Assembly (NCBI GenBank): GCA_015490555.1
Contig: WFXO01000061.1
Coordinates: 7,221-71,220 of the forward strand
Direction: 5' to 3'
From: a candidate division WOR-3 bacterium
Lineage (GTDB): Bacteria > Hydrothermota > Hydrothermia > WGAB01
Length of the DNA: 64,000 bases
Below the pieces are notes generated by a model. It made no database searches. It saw only the letters and a program-made list of their open reading frames with translations, and was not told the origin of the DNA. Both the position numbers and the translations under genes were made by a program. This document shows, in pieces, positions 8,318-17,432 of this stretch; the first letter of the stretch is position 1; each line of letters begins with the position of its first letter.

Positions 8318-8346
8318 TTGAAGCCCACGAGGGGTATCCATATAAT
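8318..8346 (+). promoter_or_regulatory. Promoter TTGAAG-17-TATAAT, -10 ends 8 nt before ATG 8355 (leaderless-type)
   Basis: TTGAAG 8318-8323, 17-nt spacer, TATAAT 8341-8346, then tcctcatcATG. Confidence 0.6.
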
Positions 8347-8354
8347 TCCTCATC

Positions 8355-9965
8355 ATGATGAGAAAACAGCGAGCAGAGCAACTGTCGAGAATTCTGTTCT
8401 TTGGCGCCCTGATTGCGACGGTCGTCGGTGCAACCGTCCAGATGCGCGCCCAAGAGGATCGTGCGACCAAACGGGACATGCTGGAAATCTTCACCCGAAC
8501 GCTGATTCAGATTGAACGGAATTACGTGGAAGAGGAAGACCCTGTCGAATTGATCCAATCCGGTATTGAAGGGATGGTCCAATCTCTGGACCCGTTCTCT
8601 GATTTTCTCACCCCGGATGAGAGTGAAGAGTGGAAAGTCCGGACCCAGGGGAAATTCGGCGGCTTGGGCATCCAAATTGGCATACGGGATGGTTGGCTCA
8701 CCGTGATTGCCCCCATTGAGGGGACACCGGCTTACCGCGCTGGCCTTCGCGCAGGAGACCGGATTATCAAAATCGAAGGGAAATCTACCCGAGGCATTAA
8801 ACTCCAAGACGCGGTGAAGGTCCTTCGGGGAAAACCGGGGACCCAGGTGACCATCACGATCAAGCGGCCAGGGGTCGAGGAACCGCTGGACTTTACCATT
8901 ACTCGGGCCATTATCGAGATCAAATCTGTGCCGTATTACACCAAACTGGATGGTGGGGTCGGGTACGTCCGACTCACGCAGTTTTCTTCCCACGCCTCAC
9001 GAGAAGTGAAGGCTGCCATCGACTCTCTCTTAGCCCAGGGGTGCAACCGATTCATCCTCGATCTTCGGTCGAACCCGGGCGGACTTCTGCGTGAAGCCAT
9101 CCGGGTCTCCAACCTCTTTTTACCCAAAGGCAAGGCCATCGTCTTTACACGAGGACGTGCCTGGAATTCGGATACCGTGTTCGTCGCCCCGATGGAACCG
9201 GAGGTCGACCCGGAGATCCCGGTTGTGGTTCTGGTGGATCCCGGCTCTGCTTCTGCGTCTGAGATCGTTTCCGGCGCACTCCAGGATTGGGATCGGGCCT
9301 TGATTATCGGCGATACAACCTTTGGAAAAGGTTCTGTTCAGCGTATTTATCCGCTGGGGAAGGGGTACCAGTTGAAACTGACCGTTGCACGGTATTACAC
9401 ACCCTCCGGCCGGAGTATCCACAGAGAACGAAAACGGGCCAAGGTCTCCTTCCAGGAACTCATTGAAGAAAATCAGGATACCCTCCAGGCGGACACGACA
9501 GAGAACGAGGTCAGACCAGTGTATTACACCAAGAAACTCCATCGGGTAGTTTACGGAGGTGGCGGGATTGTTCCAGACATTGTCGTAGAGCGGAAACCGC
9601 CCCATTCATTGGTCTCGAAAGCGTTTTCTAAATCTGCGTTCTTTGACTTTGCCGTGCAATATTACAACGAACATCCGGACATCCAGTCTATTGACGAAAT
9701 CCAGATTACAGATGATCTCATGGCCCAATTCAAAGACTACCTCAAGGAGAAAGGGGTCGAGTTTACCGACGAAGAGTTCCAAGAAGCCAAGGATGACCTG
9801 CGATACTACCTCTCCATGGATATCGCGGAAAAATACTTTGGGACCAAAGGGCGGTATGCCATGTCATTACGCACAGATCCTGTGGTCAAAAAGGCGCTCG
9901 AGGTCTTAGAATCCGCCAAGTCAGTAGAAGACCTCTTTGCGTACATGGAACAAGGCAAACCATAA
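8355..9965 (+). CDS. S41 family C-terminal processing peptidase (Ctp/Prc-like) with PDZ domain and an extra C-terminal domain
   Basis: 536 aa. PDZ segment GGLGIQIGIRDGWLTVIAPIEGTPAYRAGLRAGDRI. LDLRSNPGGLL. Catalytic Ser region GSASASEIVSGALQD. Lys region TFGKGSVQ. Confidence 0.92.
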   Translation: MMRKQRAEQLSRILFFGALIATVVGATVQMRAQEDRATKRDMLEIFTRTLIQIERNYVEEEDPVELIQSGIEGMVQSLDPFSDFLTPDESEEWKVRTQGKFGGLGIQIGIRDGWLTVIAPIEGTPAYRAGLRAGDRIIKIEGKSTRGIKLQDAVKVLRGKPGTQVTITIKRPGVEEPLDFTITRAIIEIKSVPYYTKLDGGVGYVRLTQFSSHASREVKAAIDSLLAQGCNRFILDLRSNPGGLLREAIRVSNLFLPKGKAIVFTRGRAWNSDTVFVAPMEPEVDPEIPVVVLVDPGSASASEIVSGALQDWDRALIIGDTTFGKGSVQRIYPLGKGYQLKLTVARYYTPSGRSIHRERKRAKVSFQELIEENQDTLQADTTENEVRPVYYTKKLHRVVYGGGGIVPDIVVERKPPHSLVSKAFSKSAFFDFAVQYYNEHPDIQSIDEIQITDDLMAQFKDYLKEKGVEFTDEEFQEAKDDLRYYLSMDIAEKYFGTKGRYAMSLRTDPVVKKALEVLESAKSVEDLFAYMEQGKP

Positions 9966-10036
9966 TCTGCGGGGCCCTTCCCAACACTTGACGGGGATCA
10001 GCACTGTGTCCCCATCCAGCCACAGGAGGTGATCCG

Positions 10037-11338
10037 ATGCTCATGGTTGAACTGATCCGAAAGAAGCGCGACGGTTACTCTCTTACGGATGAAGAAATCC
10101 AATTCATTGTCCAGGGCATTACCCACGGAGAGATCCCGGACTACCAACTCGCTGCTTTTTTGATGGCGGTGTACTTTCGCGGAATGAGTTCCCAAGAGAC
10201 GGTTGCGTTGACCCAAGCCATGATGGCAAGTGGGGAGGTTTTAGACCTTTCCGACATCCCTGGTCCCAAAATTGACAAGCACTCCACGGGCGGTGTGGGA
10301 GACAAAGTTTCGCTCCCCTTAGCGCCCTTGGTTGCTTCTTTGGGGGTGGTGGTCCCGATGATCTCCGGACGCGCGTTAGGCCACACCGGTGGGACCTTGG
10401 ACAAATTGGAGGCGATTCCAGGTTTCAGAACGAATTTGACCGTTGAGGAGTTCAAGGAGGCCCTGCAGACCGTGGGGGTCGCCATCATCGGACAGACCGA
10501 AACCCTGGTCCCGGCAGATCGCAAGATGTACGCGCTCCGAGATGTCACAGCAACGGTCAGCAGCATCCCCCTGATTACGTCCTCTATTTTATCCAAGAAA
10601 TTCGCGGAAGGCGCCGAAGGGCTCGTCCTGGACGTGAAAACCGGATCCGGGGCCTTTATGGCACGCTTGGAGGACGCACGGGCGCTGGCGCAAAACATGG
10701 TGGAAATCGCCAAGGGCATGGGGAAAAAGGTAGTGGCCCTCATCACGAACATGGACCAGCCCCTGGGGTACGCCGTCGGGAACGCCGTGGAAGTCGTGGA
10801 AAGTGTGGCGGTTTTGAAGGGGGAAGGTCCGGAAGACCTGACCGAACTCATTGTGACAGAAGGGGCCTATATGCTCCTCTTGGCCGGGAAGACAGAGGAC
10901 CTCGAACAGGGCAAACAGATGATCCGCGAACAAATACGAAACGGCCAAGGCTACGCAAAGTGGCGTGAGATGGTCCAGAACCAAGGGGGTGATCCGGACG
11001 CAATCGAGCATCCGGAGTACCTGAACGTACGAATCCAGGAGAAAGTCACGGCACCAACGGCGGGATACCTCACCGGGTTCCAGACCCGAGAAATCGGCAT
11101 GGCCGCGACACTGCTTGGTGCCGGACGACGCGTAAAAGAGGATTCGATCGATCCGAAAGTCGGGATCTATTGCTGGAAAAAGGTGGGGGATTGGGTGGAG
11201 GCCGGTGAACCTATATTTGAGGTGCATGGGAACGATCCACAAAAGGTCGAAGAAGCGGTGGCCATCCTCCGTCAATCGTTCCAAATTCGTCCAGAAAGAA
11301 AAGACCCCATGCCTCTGATCCTGGAAGTGTGGACCTAA
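10037..11338 (+). CDS. deoA: Thymidine / pyrimidine-nucleoside phosphorylase
   Basis: 433 aa. MVELIRKKRDG..L..EEI.F.V.G...GEIPDYQLAAFLMAVYFRGMS and DKHSTGGVGDK. AGGAGGTGAT Shine-Dalgarno upstream. Confidence 0.92.
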   Translation: MLMVELIRKKRDGYSLTDEEIQFIVQGITHGEIPDYQLAAFLMAVYFRGMSSQETVALTQAMMASGEVLDLSDIPGPKIDKHSTGGVGDKVSLPLAPLVASLGVVVPMISGRALGHTGGTLDKLEAIPGFRTNLTVEEFKEALQTVGVAIIGQTETLVPADRKMYALRDVTATVSSIPLITSSILSKKFAEGAEGLVLDVKTGSGAFMARLEDARALAQNMVEIAKGMGKKVVALITNMDQPLGYAVGNAVEVVESVAVLKGEGPEDLTELIVTEGAYMLLLAGKTEDLEQGKQMIREQIRNGQGYAKWREMVQNQGGDPDAIEHPEYLNVRIQEKVTAPTAGYLTGFQTREIGMAATLLGAGRRVKEDSIDPKVGIYCWKKVGDWVEAGEPIFEVHGNDPQKVEEAVAILRQSFQIRPERKDPMPLILEVWT

Positions 11339-11350
11339 GAGGTGATTCCT

Positions 11351-12394
11351 GTGCGTGCAAAGGTCATTGTAGGCATGTCCGGGGGGACGGATAGTACGGT
11401 CGCAGCCTATCTCTTGAAAACCCAGGGATACGAGGTCATCGGCGTCACCCTTTACCTCTACGACAATGTCAATTCCCCCCGGAGTTGTTGTACCCTGGAT
11501 GCCATCAATCGGGCCCGGATGATGTCTATCCAACTAGGGATCCGGCACTACACCGTGGACCTCAGGGAGGTCTTCCAAGATACGATCATTCGCTTTTTTG
11601 TGGAGGGGTACGGACGGGGATTGACCCCCAACCCCTGTGTGCTCTGCAACCGCATCATCAAATTCGAACACTTGATTGAATTTGCAGACAAGGTGGGTGC
11701 TCAATGGGTGGCAACCGGCCACTATGCACGGATCGTGAACGGTCGGATTGTCCGACCAAAAGACCGACGGAAAGATCAGACCTATTTCCTTGCACTCGTC
11801 AAAAAAGACCATCTATCTCGGATCCTATTCCCTCTTGGAGACATGGAGAAGTACGAGGTTCAGGCCCTCGCGAAAGCAAAGAACCTCATTCCCCCCAATC
11901 TCCTGGAATCTCAGGACATCTGTTTCGTGGATGATGGCGACTATCGGAAGTTCTTAGACCGGGTGTTGCCCAAAAAGCCCGGTCGGATCCTGGACCTCGA
12001 AGGTCGGGTCTTGGGCACCCATCCGGGAACCCATTACTTCACCTTGGGTCAACGAAAGGGATTAGGGATTCCTGCTGGGAAACCCCTCTACGTGGTGAAG
12101 ATTGACGCCAAAAGTGGTGACCTGGTGGTGGGCCCCAAAGAGGCTCTAATGAAAAAGAGGATCCGCGTTGGAGCCCTGAACCTCCATGAAGAACTCCGCG
12201 TGGGCGATCGCGTCGAGGTTATGATTCGGTATATGGCCAAACCGGCACCGGCAACGGTTCTGGACCTCCAGGAATCCGAGTGTGCCGTAGAGTTCGACGA
12301 GCCACAGTGGAGTCCGACTCCAGGACAACTTGCGGCATTTTACCGTGGCGATACGCTCGTAGGGGGTGGATTCATTCTGCCAGAGCCGTCATGA
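11351..12394 (+). CDS. mnmA: tRNA 2-thiouridine(34) synthase MnmA
   Basis: PP-loop VGMSGGTDSTVAAYLL and NPCVLCNRIIKF. The ORF track starts at GTG 11342. GTG 11351 is better spaced from the AAGAGG at 11337-11342. Confidence 0.9.
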   Translation: MRAKVIVGMSGGTDSTVAAYLLKTQGYEVIGVTLYLYDNVNSPRSCCTLDAINRARMMSIQLGIRHYTVDLREVFQDTIIRFFVEGYGRGLTPNPCVLCNRIIKFEHLIEFADKVGAQWVATGHYARIVNGRIVRPKDRRKDQTYFLALVKKDHLSRILFPLGDMEKYEVQALAKAKNLIPPNLLESQDICFVDDGDYRKFLDRVLPKKPGRILDLEGRVLGTHPGTHYFTLGQRKGLGIPAGKPLYVVKIDAKSGDLVVGPKEALMKKRIRVGALNLHEELRVGDRVEVMIRYMAKPAPATVLDLQESECAVEFDEPQWSPTPGQLAAFYRGDTLVGGGFILPEPS

Positions 12395-13458
12395 CCCCCT
12401 GGATCTTGTGGATGCTATGGGCCCTACCCTGGAACGTGCGCGGGAGTCTCGCTGTTTATGGGGTGGCGACCCAGTATAAGATCCCTGTGTCCTTTTGGCC
12501 GACAGTGAAGACAGAGGTCTTCTCTGCACAATTTCTGTGGAGTCGGCTTGCATTCACCTGGGAACCCCAATGGAACAGCATTTTTTCTGCACAACTCTCC
12601 GTAGAGGCACAGCCTATGGTAGGGGATTCCTGGTCTTTACGATATTTCGAGACGAGTTACGACGAATCTCGGATGCATGGAGGAGATACCCTATGGACCG
12701 ACACCTATTGGGGTACACGTTTGATGCTCTATCGAGCCAGTCTTCAAGGGAACTTCGCCAGGATGCGGGTACGTGTCGGCCGCATCCTGCTCACGCAAGG
12801 CCTGACCTACATGTATTCCCCTCTGGACTTTTATGGGCCTCGACAGCGGCTGGCGCTGGATCCAGAATTTTTACCTGGCATGGATGCCCTGGAGGTCACG
12901 GTCTATCCCACGGAAGATCTACGGATTCGCTGGGTCTGGCCCGCGGATTATGAAGACTTGCCCTCCTCTGTTTCTTTCAGGTTCTGGGTCGGGGAATGGG
13001 AAGCCGTACTCCTGGGAACGCGAGAAGGTGTAGGGGTTGCCGGAAGCCATCCACTCTGGCAGGGAATCCTTCGGGCCGAAGGGTATCGAAAACACGGGAA
13101 ACTCTACGGGTCCCTCAATTATGATCGCTTTTTCCCAGGGGATATTTATGTGCTGGTCGAACTGTTCTGGCCCCCGAAGGGCATGGTCTCCGGCTTCACG
13201 CCCATCCAGGCCAAAGAAACCCCTTTCGCCGCTGTCCTTTTTCAAAAGACTTGGAATCCCCTCTGGACCACATACCTCTTATGGGTCGAGGCGTTAAAAG
13301 ACCGGAGTTTCCTAGTGGTTCCCTCTCTTCAATACGCCATTGCAAACTCGGCAACCCTGGAGTTCCGTGCGGATTTGGCTTGGGGAGAGGCAGGCGATCT
13401 TTTCGATCCTGACTGGTTTCGTCCCCTGTTTCTTTTGGCCTGGAAGGTGTTTTTCTAA
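12391..13458 (+). CDS. Hypothetical exported protein, probable outer-membrane beta-barrel
   Basis: ATG 12391 forms an ATGA overlap with the mnmA stop. The track ORF from 12280 overlaps mnmA. Aromatic-rich alternating pattern, C-terminal ...LLAWKVFF (terminal Phe). Confidence 0.6.
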   Translation: MTPWILWMLWALPWNVRGSLAVYGVATQYKIPVSFWPTVKTEVFSAQFLWSRLAFTWEPQWNSIFSAQLSVEAQPMVGDSWSLRYFETSYDESRMHGGDTLWTDTYWGTRLMLYRASLQGNFARMRVRVGRILLTQGLTYMYSPLDFYGPRQRLALDPEFLPGMDALEVTVYPTEDLRIRWVWPADYEDLPSSVSFRFWVGEWEAVLLGTREGVGVAGSHPLWQGILRAEGYRKHGKLYGSLNYDRFFPGDIYVLVELFWPPKGMVSGFTPIQAKETPFAAVLFQKTWNPLWTTYLLWVEALKDRSFLVVPSLQYAIANSATLEFRADLAWGEAGDLFDPDWFRPLFLLAWKVFF

Positions 13459-13461
13459 CCC

Positions 13462-14130
13462 CTAAGGATTCTGCTGCCGGTCAAAGCCGTGTTTGATGAT
13501 CCGTCCCTCCACCATGTAGATCACGTCTTCGCAAATGTTCGTCGCAAGGTCAGCCACTCGCTCCAAACTCTTACACACCTGAATAATCCGGATTGCCCGT
13601 TCCACAGTGGAGGGTTCCTGAATCATGATCTCTACCAGTTCTTTGAAAATTGCATCGTAGAGGTTGTCCACCAGGTCATCACGGACACAGACCCCGTGTG
13701 CCAGGCCCGGGTTTTCCTGGATAAAGGATTGGACCGCGTCTCTGAGCATGCCCTCGGTAATCTGCGCCATCTTCGGGAGGTCCACATAGGGCTTCACTTG
13801 GGGTTCCTGGACAATGATCTCCGCGCGTTTGGCAATGTTGACTGCGTGGTCTGCAATGCGCTCCAGGTCATTGTTGATCTTGATGACCATGACCAGGGTC
13901 CGGAGGTTCTCGGCCTCAGGCTGAAATCGCGCAATGAGTCCAATTGCCCGGTCTTCGATTTCGACCTCCCGCTTGTTGATCCGTTCTTCCGCATCCAGGA
14001 CCTGATGGGCCAGGGTCACATCCTTCGACAGAATGGACTGTACCGCGTCATGGATCATCGCGATGGCCTCATCCGCCATGGCGATGAGGTCACGCTTCAA
14101 ATTTTCCAGTTCCTGTAGAAATCTCAGCAT
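13462..14130 (-). CDS. phoU: Phosphate signalling complex protein PhoU
   Basis: Two PhoU repeats with DLERIADHAVNIAKRA and SLERVADLATNICEDV. The track start 14148 is a TTG. ATG 14130 has a GGGAG 6 nt upstream. Confidence 0.9.
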   Translation of the reverse strand: MLRFLQELENLKRDLIAMADEAIAMIHDAVQSILSKDVTLAHQVLDAEERINKREVEIEDRAIGLIARFQPEAENLRTLVMVIKINNDLERIADHAVNIAKRAEIIVQEPQVKPYVDLPKMAQITEGMLRDAVQSFIQENPGLAHGVCVRDDLVDNLYDAIFKELVEIMIQEPSTVERAIRIIQVCKSLERVADLATNICEDVIYMVEGRIIKHGFDRQQNP

Positions 14131-14140
14131 ACAAGACTCC

Positions 14141-14941
14141 CTATCCAAACCGGCCCGAGAGGTAATCGGCCGTTAACTTCTCCCGGGGCCGCGTGAACAG
14201 TTCTTGGGTCTCTCGGAATTCAATGAGTTGGCCCATATAGAGGAAGGCGGCATAGTCGGAGACCCGTGCGGCCTGGCCCATGTTGTGGGTCACCAAAATC
14301 ACGGTAATGGACTTTGCGATTTCTACGATCAAGTCTTCGATCCTTGCCGTTGCAATTGGGTCCAGAGCACTCGTGGGTTCGTCAAACAAGAGGACCTCCG
14401 GTTCGACGGCCAGAGCACGCGCAATACAGAGCCGTTGTTGCTGTCCCCCCGACAACTCATACGCAGATTTGAATAACTTGTCCTTGACTTCATCCCAGAG
14501 TGCGGCCTGGACCAGGGCGCGTTCCACCCGTTCATCTAACTCCGACTTTTTCTTGATCCCCCGAATCCGCAATCCAAAGGCCACATTCTCATAGATGGAC
14601 TTTGGAAATGGATTGGGCTTTTGAAAAACCATGCCCACGCGTGCCCGAAGTTCGACGGGGTTCACCTCCGGCCGCAGAATGTCTTCGTCGTCAAGGAACA
14701 CTTCCCCGGTAATGCGATATCCGGGAACCAGTTCATACATGCGGTTAAAGACGCGCAAAAGGGTGGTTTTGCCGCATCCAGAAGGCCCAAACAGGGCCGT
14801 CACTCGGCGTTCAGGGATCAGAAGGTTGATGTCTTTCAGGGCATGAAAGTTCCCATAATAGAAGTTCAGATTCCGAACCCGAAACTTCGGACGAAAGGAG
14901 GGGGACGGGTTCGTCCTGGGTTCTACCTTCACTTGCTCCAT
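14141..14941 (-). CDS. pstB: Phosphate ABC transporter ATP-binding protein PstB
   Basis: 266 aa. [14 protein letters not shown], Walker [26 protein letters not shown]-terminal YLSGRFG. AAGGAGG Shine-Dalgarno. Confidence 0.95.
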   Translation of the reverse strand: MEQVKVEPRTNPSPSFRPKFRVRNLNFYYGNFHALKDINLLIPERRVTALFGPSGCGKTTLLRVFNRMYELVPGYRITGEVFLDDEDILRPEVNPVELRARVGMVFQKPNPFPKSIYENVAFGLRIRGIKKKSELDERVERALVQAALWDEVKDKLFKSAYELSGGQQQRLCIARALAVEPEVLLFDEPTSALDPIATARIEDLIVEIAKSITVILVTHNMGQAARVSDYAAFLYMGQLIEFRETQELFTRPREKLTADYLSGRFG

Positions 14942-14960
14942 ACGAATTCCTCCTTCAGGT

Positions 14961-15209
14961 TCATGGCGTCAGGTATAGCCGGATCACGATGACTGCGAAG
15001 AACCCCACGAAGAACAACAGCAAAAAGATCAAGATCCACAGAAAGCGGTCTTCTAAGAGGACTTCCAGCCCCAGGAGAATGAGGACCACGGGCCAATATT
15101 TTGCTAACTGTCGAAGGGTATACCCATGGATCCACCCGAAGTTCTCCATTAGCAACAAAAGGCCGCTCAGGATCAAGAAAATCGCAACTGTATATCGACC
15201 GACCTTCAT
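14961..15209 (-). CDS. Small membrane protein (DUF5668 / LiaF-TM-like)
   Basis: 82 aa with 3 predicted TM helices. ATGA overlap with the upstream gene. Confidence 0.6.
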   Translation of the reverse strand: MKVGRYTVAIFLILSGLLLLMENFGWIHGYTLRQLAKYWPVVLILLGLEVLLEDRFLWILIFLLLFFVGFFAVIVIRLYLTP

Positions 15210-15550
15210 GAACCTTTGACGAGAAAGTTTAAGAGGCTACTGACAATGCTCAAGAAGATCGCGCCGAAGATCGCTGTCCAGAATCCGTGGACTTCGAATC
15301 CGGGCACCAAAACGCTGGCCAACCATAAGAGCGCGCCGTTGATCACAAAAGTGAACAGTCCCAAGGTCAGGATCTGAATAGGGATCGTCAGGAAAATCAG
15401 GATCGGGCGTAACAGGGCGTTGATCAGCCCGATCACGGCAGCCGCAACAAACACGGCAAATGTTCCGGAGACAGAGATCCCGGACATGACATTACTGACA
15501 ATCCATAATGCAAAGGCATTGAGTACCCACTTCGCCAACAGAGATCTCAT
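15206..15550 (-). CDS. YvlD/PF04020 ('phage holin 4_2') family membrane protein
   Basis: 114 aa with 4 TM helices. ...NAFALWIVSNVMSGISV...LINALLRPILIFLTIPIQILTLGLFTFVINGALLWL... matches my memory of the family. Confidence 0.7.
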   Translation of the reverse strand: MRSLLAKWVLNAFALWIVSNVMSGISVSGTFAVFVAAAVIGLINALLRPILIFLTIPIQILTLGLFTFVINGALLWLASVLVPGFEVHGFWTAIFGAIFLSIVSSLLNFLVKGS

Positions 15551-16530
15551 CGGATGACCTCCACCGTTGATTGTAGGAGTTCACAGCCCCTTCTTTGGAG
15601 CTGATCTCCAATCAAGCGTACGCTCATCTTGACCCCCGGGGTTACGGCCACCCGGGTGGCATCATGAATGCGTACGACAATTTTTTCTCCCATTCGCCTG
15701 ACCACAATGAAGTACCGTTGGTCTAATCCCTGTTCCTTCAAAAAGACTTCGAAAAGGGCCTCTTGACCATCTATCGAAAGGTACGCCTTGGGGATGATCA
15801 AGTCGATCCCCCCGGTCGTTTTCAAGGGGCCAATCCCCTGGACCAGAGCAGACAACGTTTGTCCTTCCCTTGGCTTTAAAACAACGTTTGGCATAGCCTC
15901 GTCCTTGGGTAAGCACGGGAAATTATAAGGGGCTTCCCGGACTTTGACGGCCTCCAAACGGTAGATCTCTTTGTGGGCGGATTCCCACTTCTGTGCATAC
16001 CGGGTCTTCGGATAGGATCGCGTTGCCTCCCAGTGGACTCCGAGTTCTGGAACCTCTTGGCTTTGTTCCAAAACCCAGAAGAGGTAGGAGATCTCATCCG
16101 TATAAAGTTGAAGGGATCCTCCGAGTTTCAGACGACTGGCAACCAACGCCCAGAAGGGAGGATAAAAGAGCCGTCGTTTTTCATGCCGTTTTTTGGGCCA
16201 GGGATCTGGAAAATTTACGAAGATCCGGTCTATGGAAACCGGCGAGAAGAGATGGCGGAGCCCCGCCCGAGCATCCATATAGAGGAGCGCGTAATGGGCA
16301 CCAGAGACCTTCTCCAATCGGCGGAGGGCACGGCGGATACTCCCTTCGGAGACCTCAAATCCCACGACAGCGGCCTCCGGATGACGTTCAAGGAGCCAGG
16401 CCATAAACTCACCGGATCCAAACCCGATCTCGACAAAAAGCGGACCCTGGCTTCCCAGGATCTCGTGCCATGGGACCGGGAATGGGAGGTCTCGCCAATC
16501 GAAGAAACCCGAGGACATCGTTAATCCCAC
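15547..16530 (-). CDS. trmB: tRNA (guanine46-N7)-methyltransferase TrmB with ~115-aa C-terminal extension
   Basis: FVEIGFGSGEFMAWL (SAM motif) and FVNFPDPWPKKRHEKRRL. 327 aa against about 210-240 for a typical TrmB. GTG start; an alternative ATG lies at 16518. Confidence 0.85.
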   Translation of the reverse strand: MGLTMSSGFFDWRDLPFPVPWHEILGSQGPLFVEIGFGSGEFMAWLLERHPEAAVVGFEVSEGSIRRALRRLEKVSGAHYALLYMDARAGLRHLFSPVSIDRIFVNFPDPWPKKRHEKRRLFYPPFWALVASRLKLGGSLQLYTDEISYLFWVLEQSQEVPELGVHWEATRSYPKTRYAQKWESAHKEIYRLEAVKVREAPYNFPCLPKDEAMPNVVLKPREGQTLSALVQGIGPLKTTGGIDLIIPKAYLSIDGQEALFEVFLKEQGLDQRYFIVVRRMGEKIVVRIHDATRVAVTPGVKMSVRLIGDQLQRRGCELLQSTVEVIR

Positions 16531-16593
16531 ACCCTCTCCTTATGTTCCGTTTTTGCTTTTTATTCAGGGGACAGAGTCTCCGGGAAAACGCTA

Positions 16594-17229
16594 CTACATT
16601 TTAAAGTCTTCCTCTGTGAGCCCCACGTTGATCCGAATGTTCCAATATGTCAGCCGTTTGATGAGATTCCCATCTGCATCGTATTGAAGGACTTCTTTGG
16701 GCAAGAGATCTTGTGCAGAGATCCGGACTTCGAACTTGGAGGTGCCGTGAAAATTCTCCGGGTGCTGGAGTTGATCGATGACCAGGAGCCACTCTTCGTC
16801 TTTTTGTTGGAGCGCGACGGAGCCGGCATCCTGGATCGCCTCTTGGAGCATCGTCACCAAGGCCGGGAAGGGAGCATCCGTGATTTTATAGCCGCGTAAA
16901 GAAGTCACCTTCTTGTCCGAAGGATCCAGCGTCAGTTTGATCGCAGACAGGAGTCCTCCTTTATGGGCCCGAACCTTTTTCGTTTCAGGATTGTAGGCCA
17001 CCTCTGCCCCTTTATTATCGCCCTTGATGATTTTCATCCGGATCCAGCCCGAAGCGAGATATTTGAATTCATACGTGCGGTCTTGGGTTTTGTTGCCGAG
17101 TTGTTCGAAACTCTCAAAGGTGCACGTATAATCGCGGATCTCAGACAGCCTCTCTTGAACCTTTTGGAGGAGGCTGTCCGGTGTCATCCCCAGAACAACG
17201 GTTAGGGTGAGAAGATAGGAGATCATCAT
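16594..17229 (-). CDS. LolA-fold / DUF1571-like outer-membrane lipoprotein-sorting-like protein
   Basis: 211 aa. N-terminal signal, ...SEIRDYTCTFESFEQ...YEFKYLASGWIRMKI. The assignment is from memory of the family and is low-specificity. Confidence 0.5.
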   Translation of the reverse strand: MMISYLLTLTVVLGMTPDSLLQKVQERLSEIRDYTCTFESFEQLGNKTQDRTYEFKYLASGWIRMKIIKGDNKGAEVAYNPETKKVRAHKGGLLSAIKLTLDPSDKKVTSLRGYKITDAPFPALVTMLQEAIQDAGSVALQQKDEEWLLVIDQLQHPENFHGTSKFEVRISAQDLLPKEVLQYDADGNLIKRLTYWNIRINVGLTEEDFKM

Positions 17230-17235
17230 GCCGGT

Positions 17236-17264
17236 GTTTTAAAGAGGAACTCCCTCCATGTCAA
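17236..17264 (-). promoter_or_regulatory. Promoter TTGACA-17-TAAAAC (minus strand), -10 ends 6 nt before ATG 17229 (leaderless-type)
   Basis: The minus strand reads cccttcTTGACAtggagggagttcctcttTAAAACaccggcATGATG. -35 is at 17259-17264 and -10 at 17236-17241. Confidence 0.55.
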
Positions 17265-17395
17265 GAAGGGCATAGAGCAGAGTTGGGGATTTCTGGTGTC
17301 CATAGCCGTGGTATTGTAATACCCTCCTGTTCGCTGGATCCCCTTCCCCTCACATAATTTTTACGCTCGTCTCTTTATGGGAACGACAAGCGTGG

Positions 17396-17425
17396 TTGAC
17401 AAGGGAGCAGGGAACCGTCTACAAT
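17396..17425 (+). promoter_or_regulatory. Promoter TTGACA-18-TACAAT, -10 ends 7 nt before ATG 17433 (leaderless-type)
   Basis: TTGACA 17396-17401, TACAAT 17420-17425, then caccgccATG. Confidence 0.65.
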
Positions 17426-17432
17426 CACCGCC

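Noticed and set aside
8196-8993. 265-aa antisense ORF opposite the S41 peptidase. Similar antisense ORFs occur at 10589-11533, 43328-44302, 53535-54404, 60889-61509 and 62394-62939.
   Set aside because: All lie opposite genes with strong family motifs. None has an RBS or promoter context, and all have biased composition.
12280-12390. Upstream extension of the OMP-like ORF overlapping mnmA by 115 nt
   Set aside because: ATG 12391 gives an ATGA stop/start overlap with mnmA and a hydrophobic N-terminus. The extension is Arg-rich and lies entirely inside mnmA.
15206-15550. 'Phage holin 4_2' family protein as a sign of a prophage
   Set aside because: No other phage genes are nearby. PF04020/YvlD proteins are common chromosomal membrane proteins, and this one sits between trmB and pstB in a housekeeping operon.
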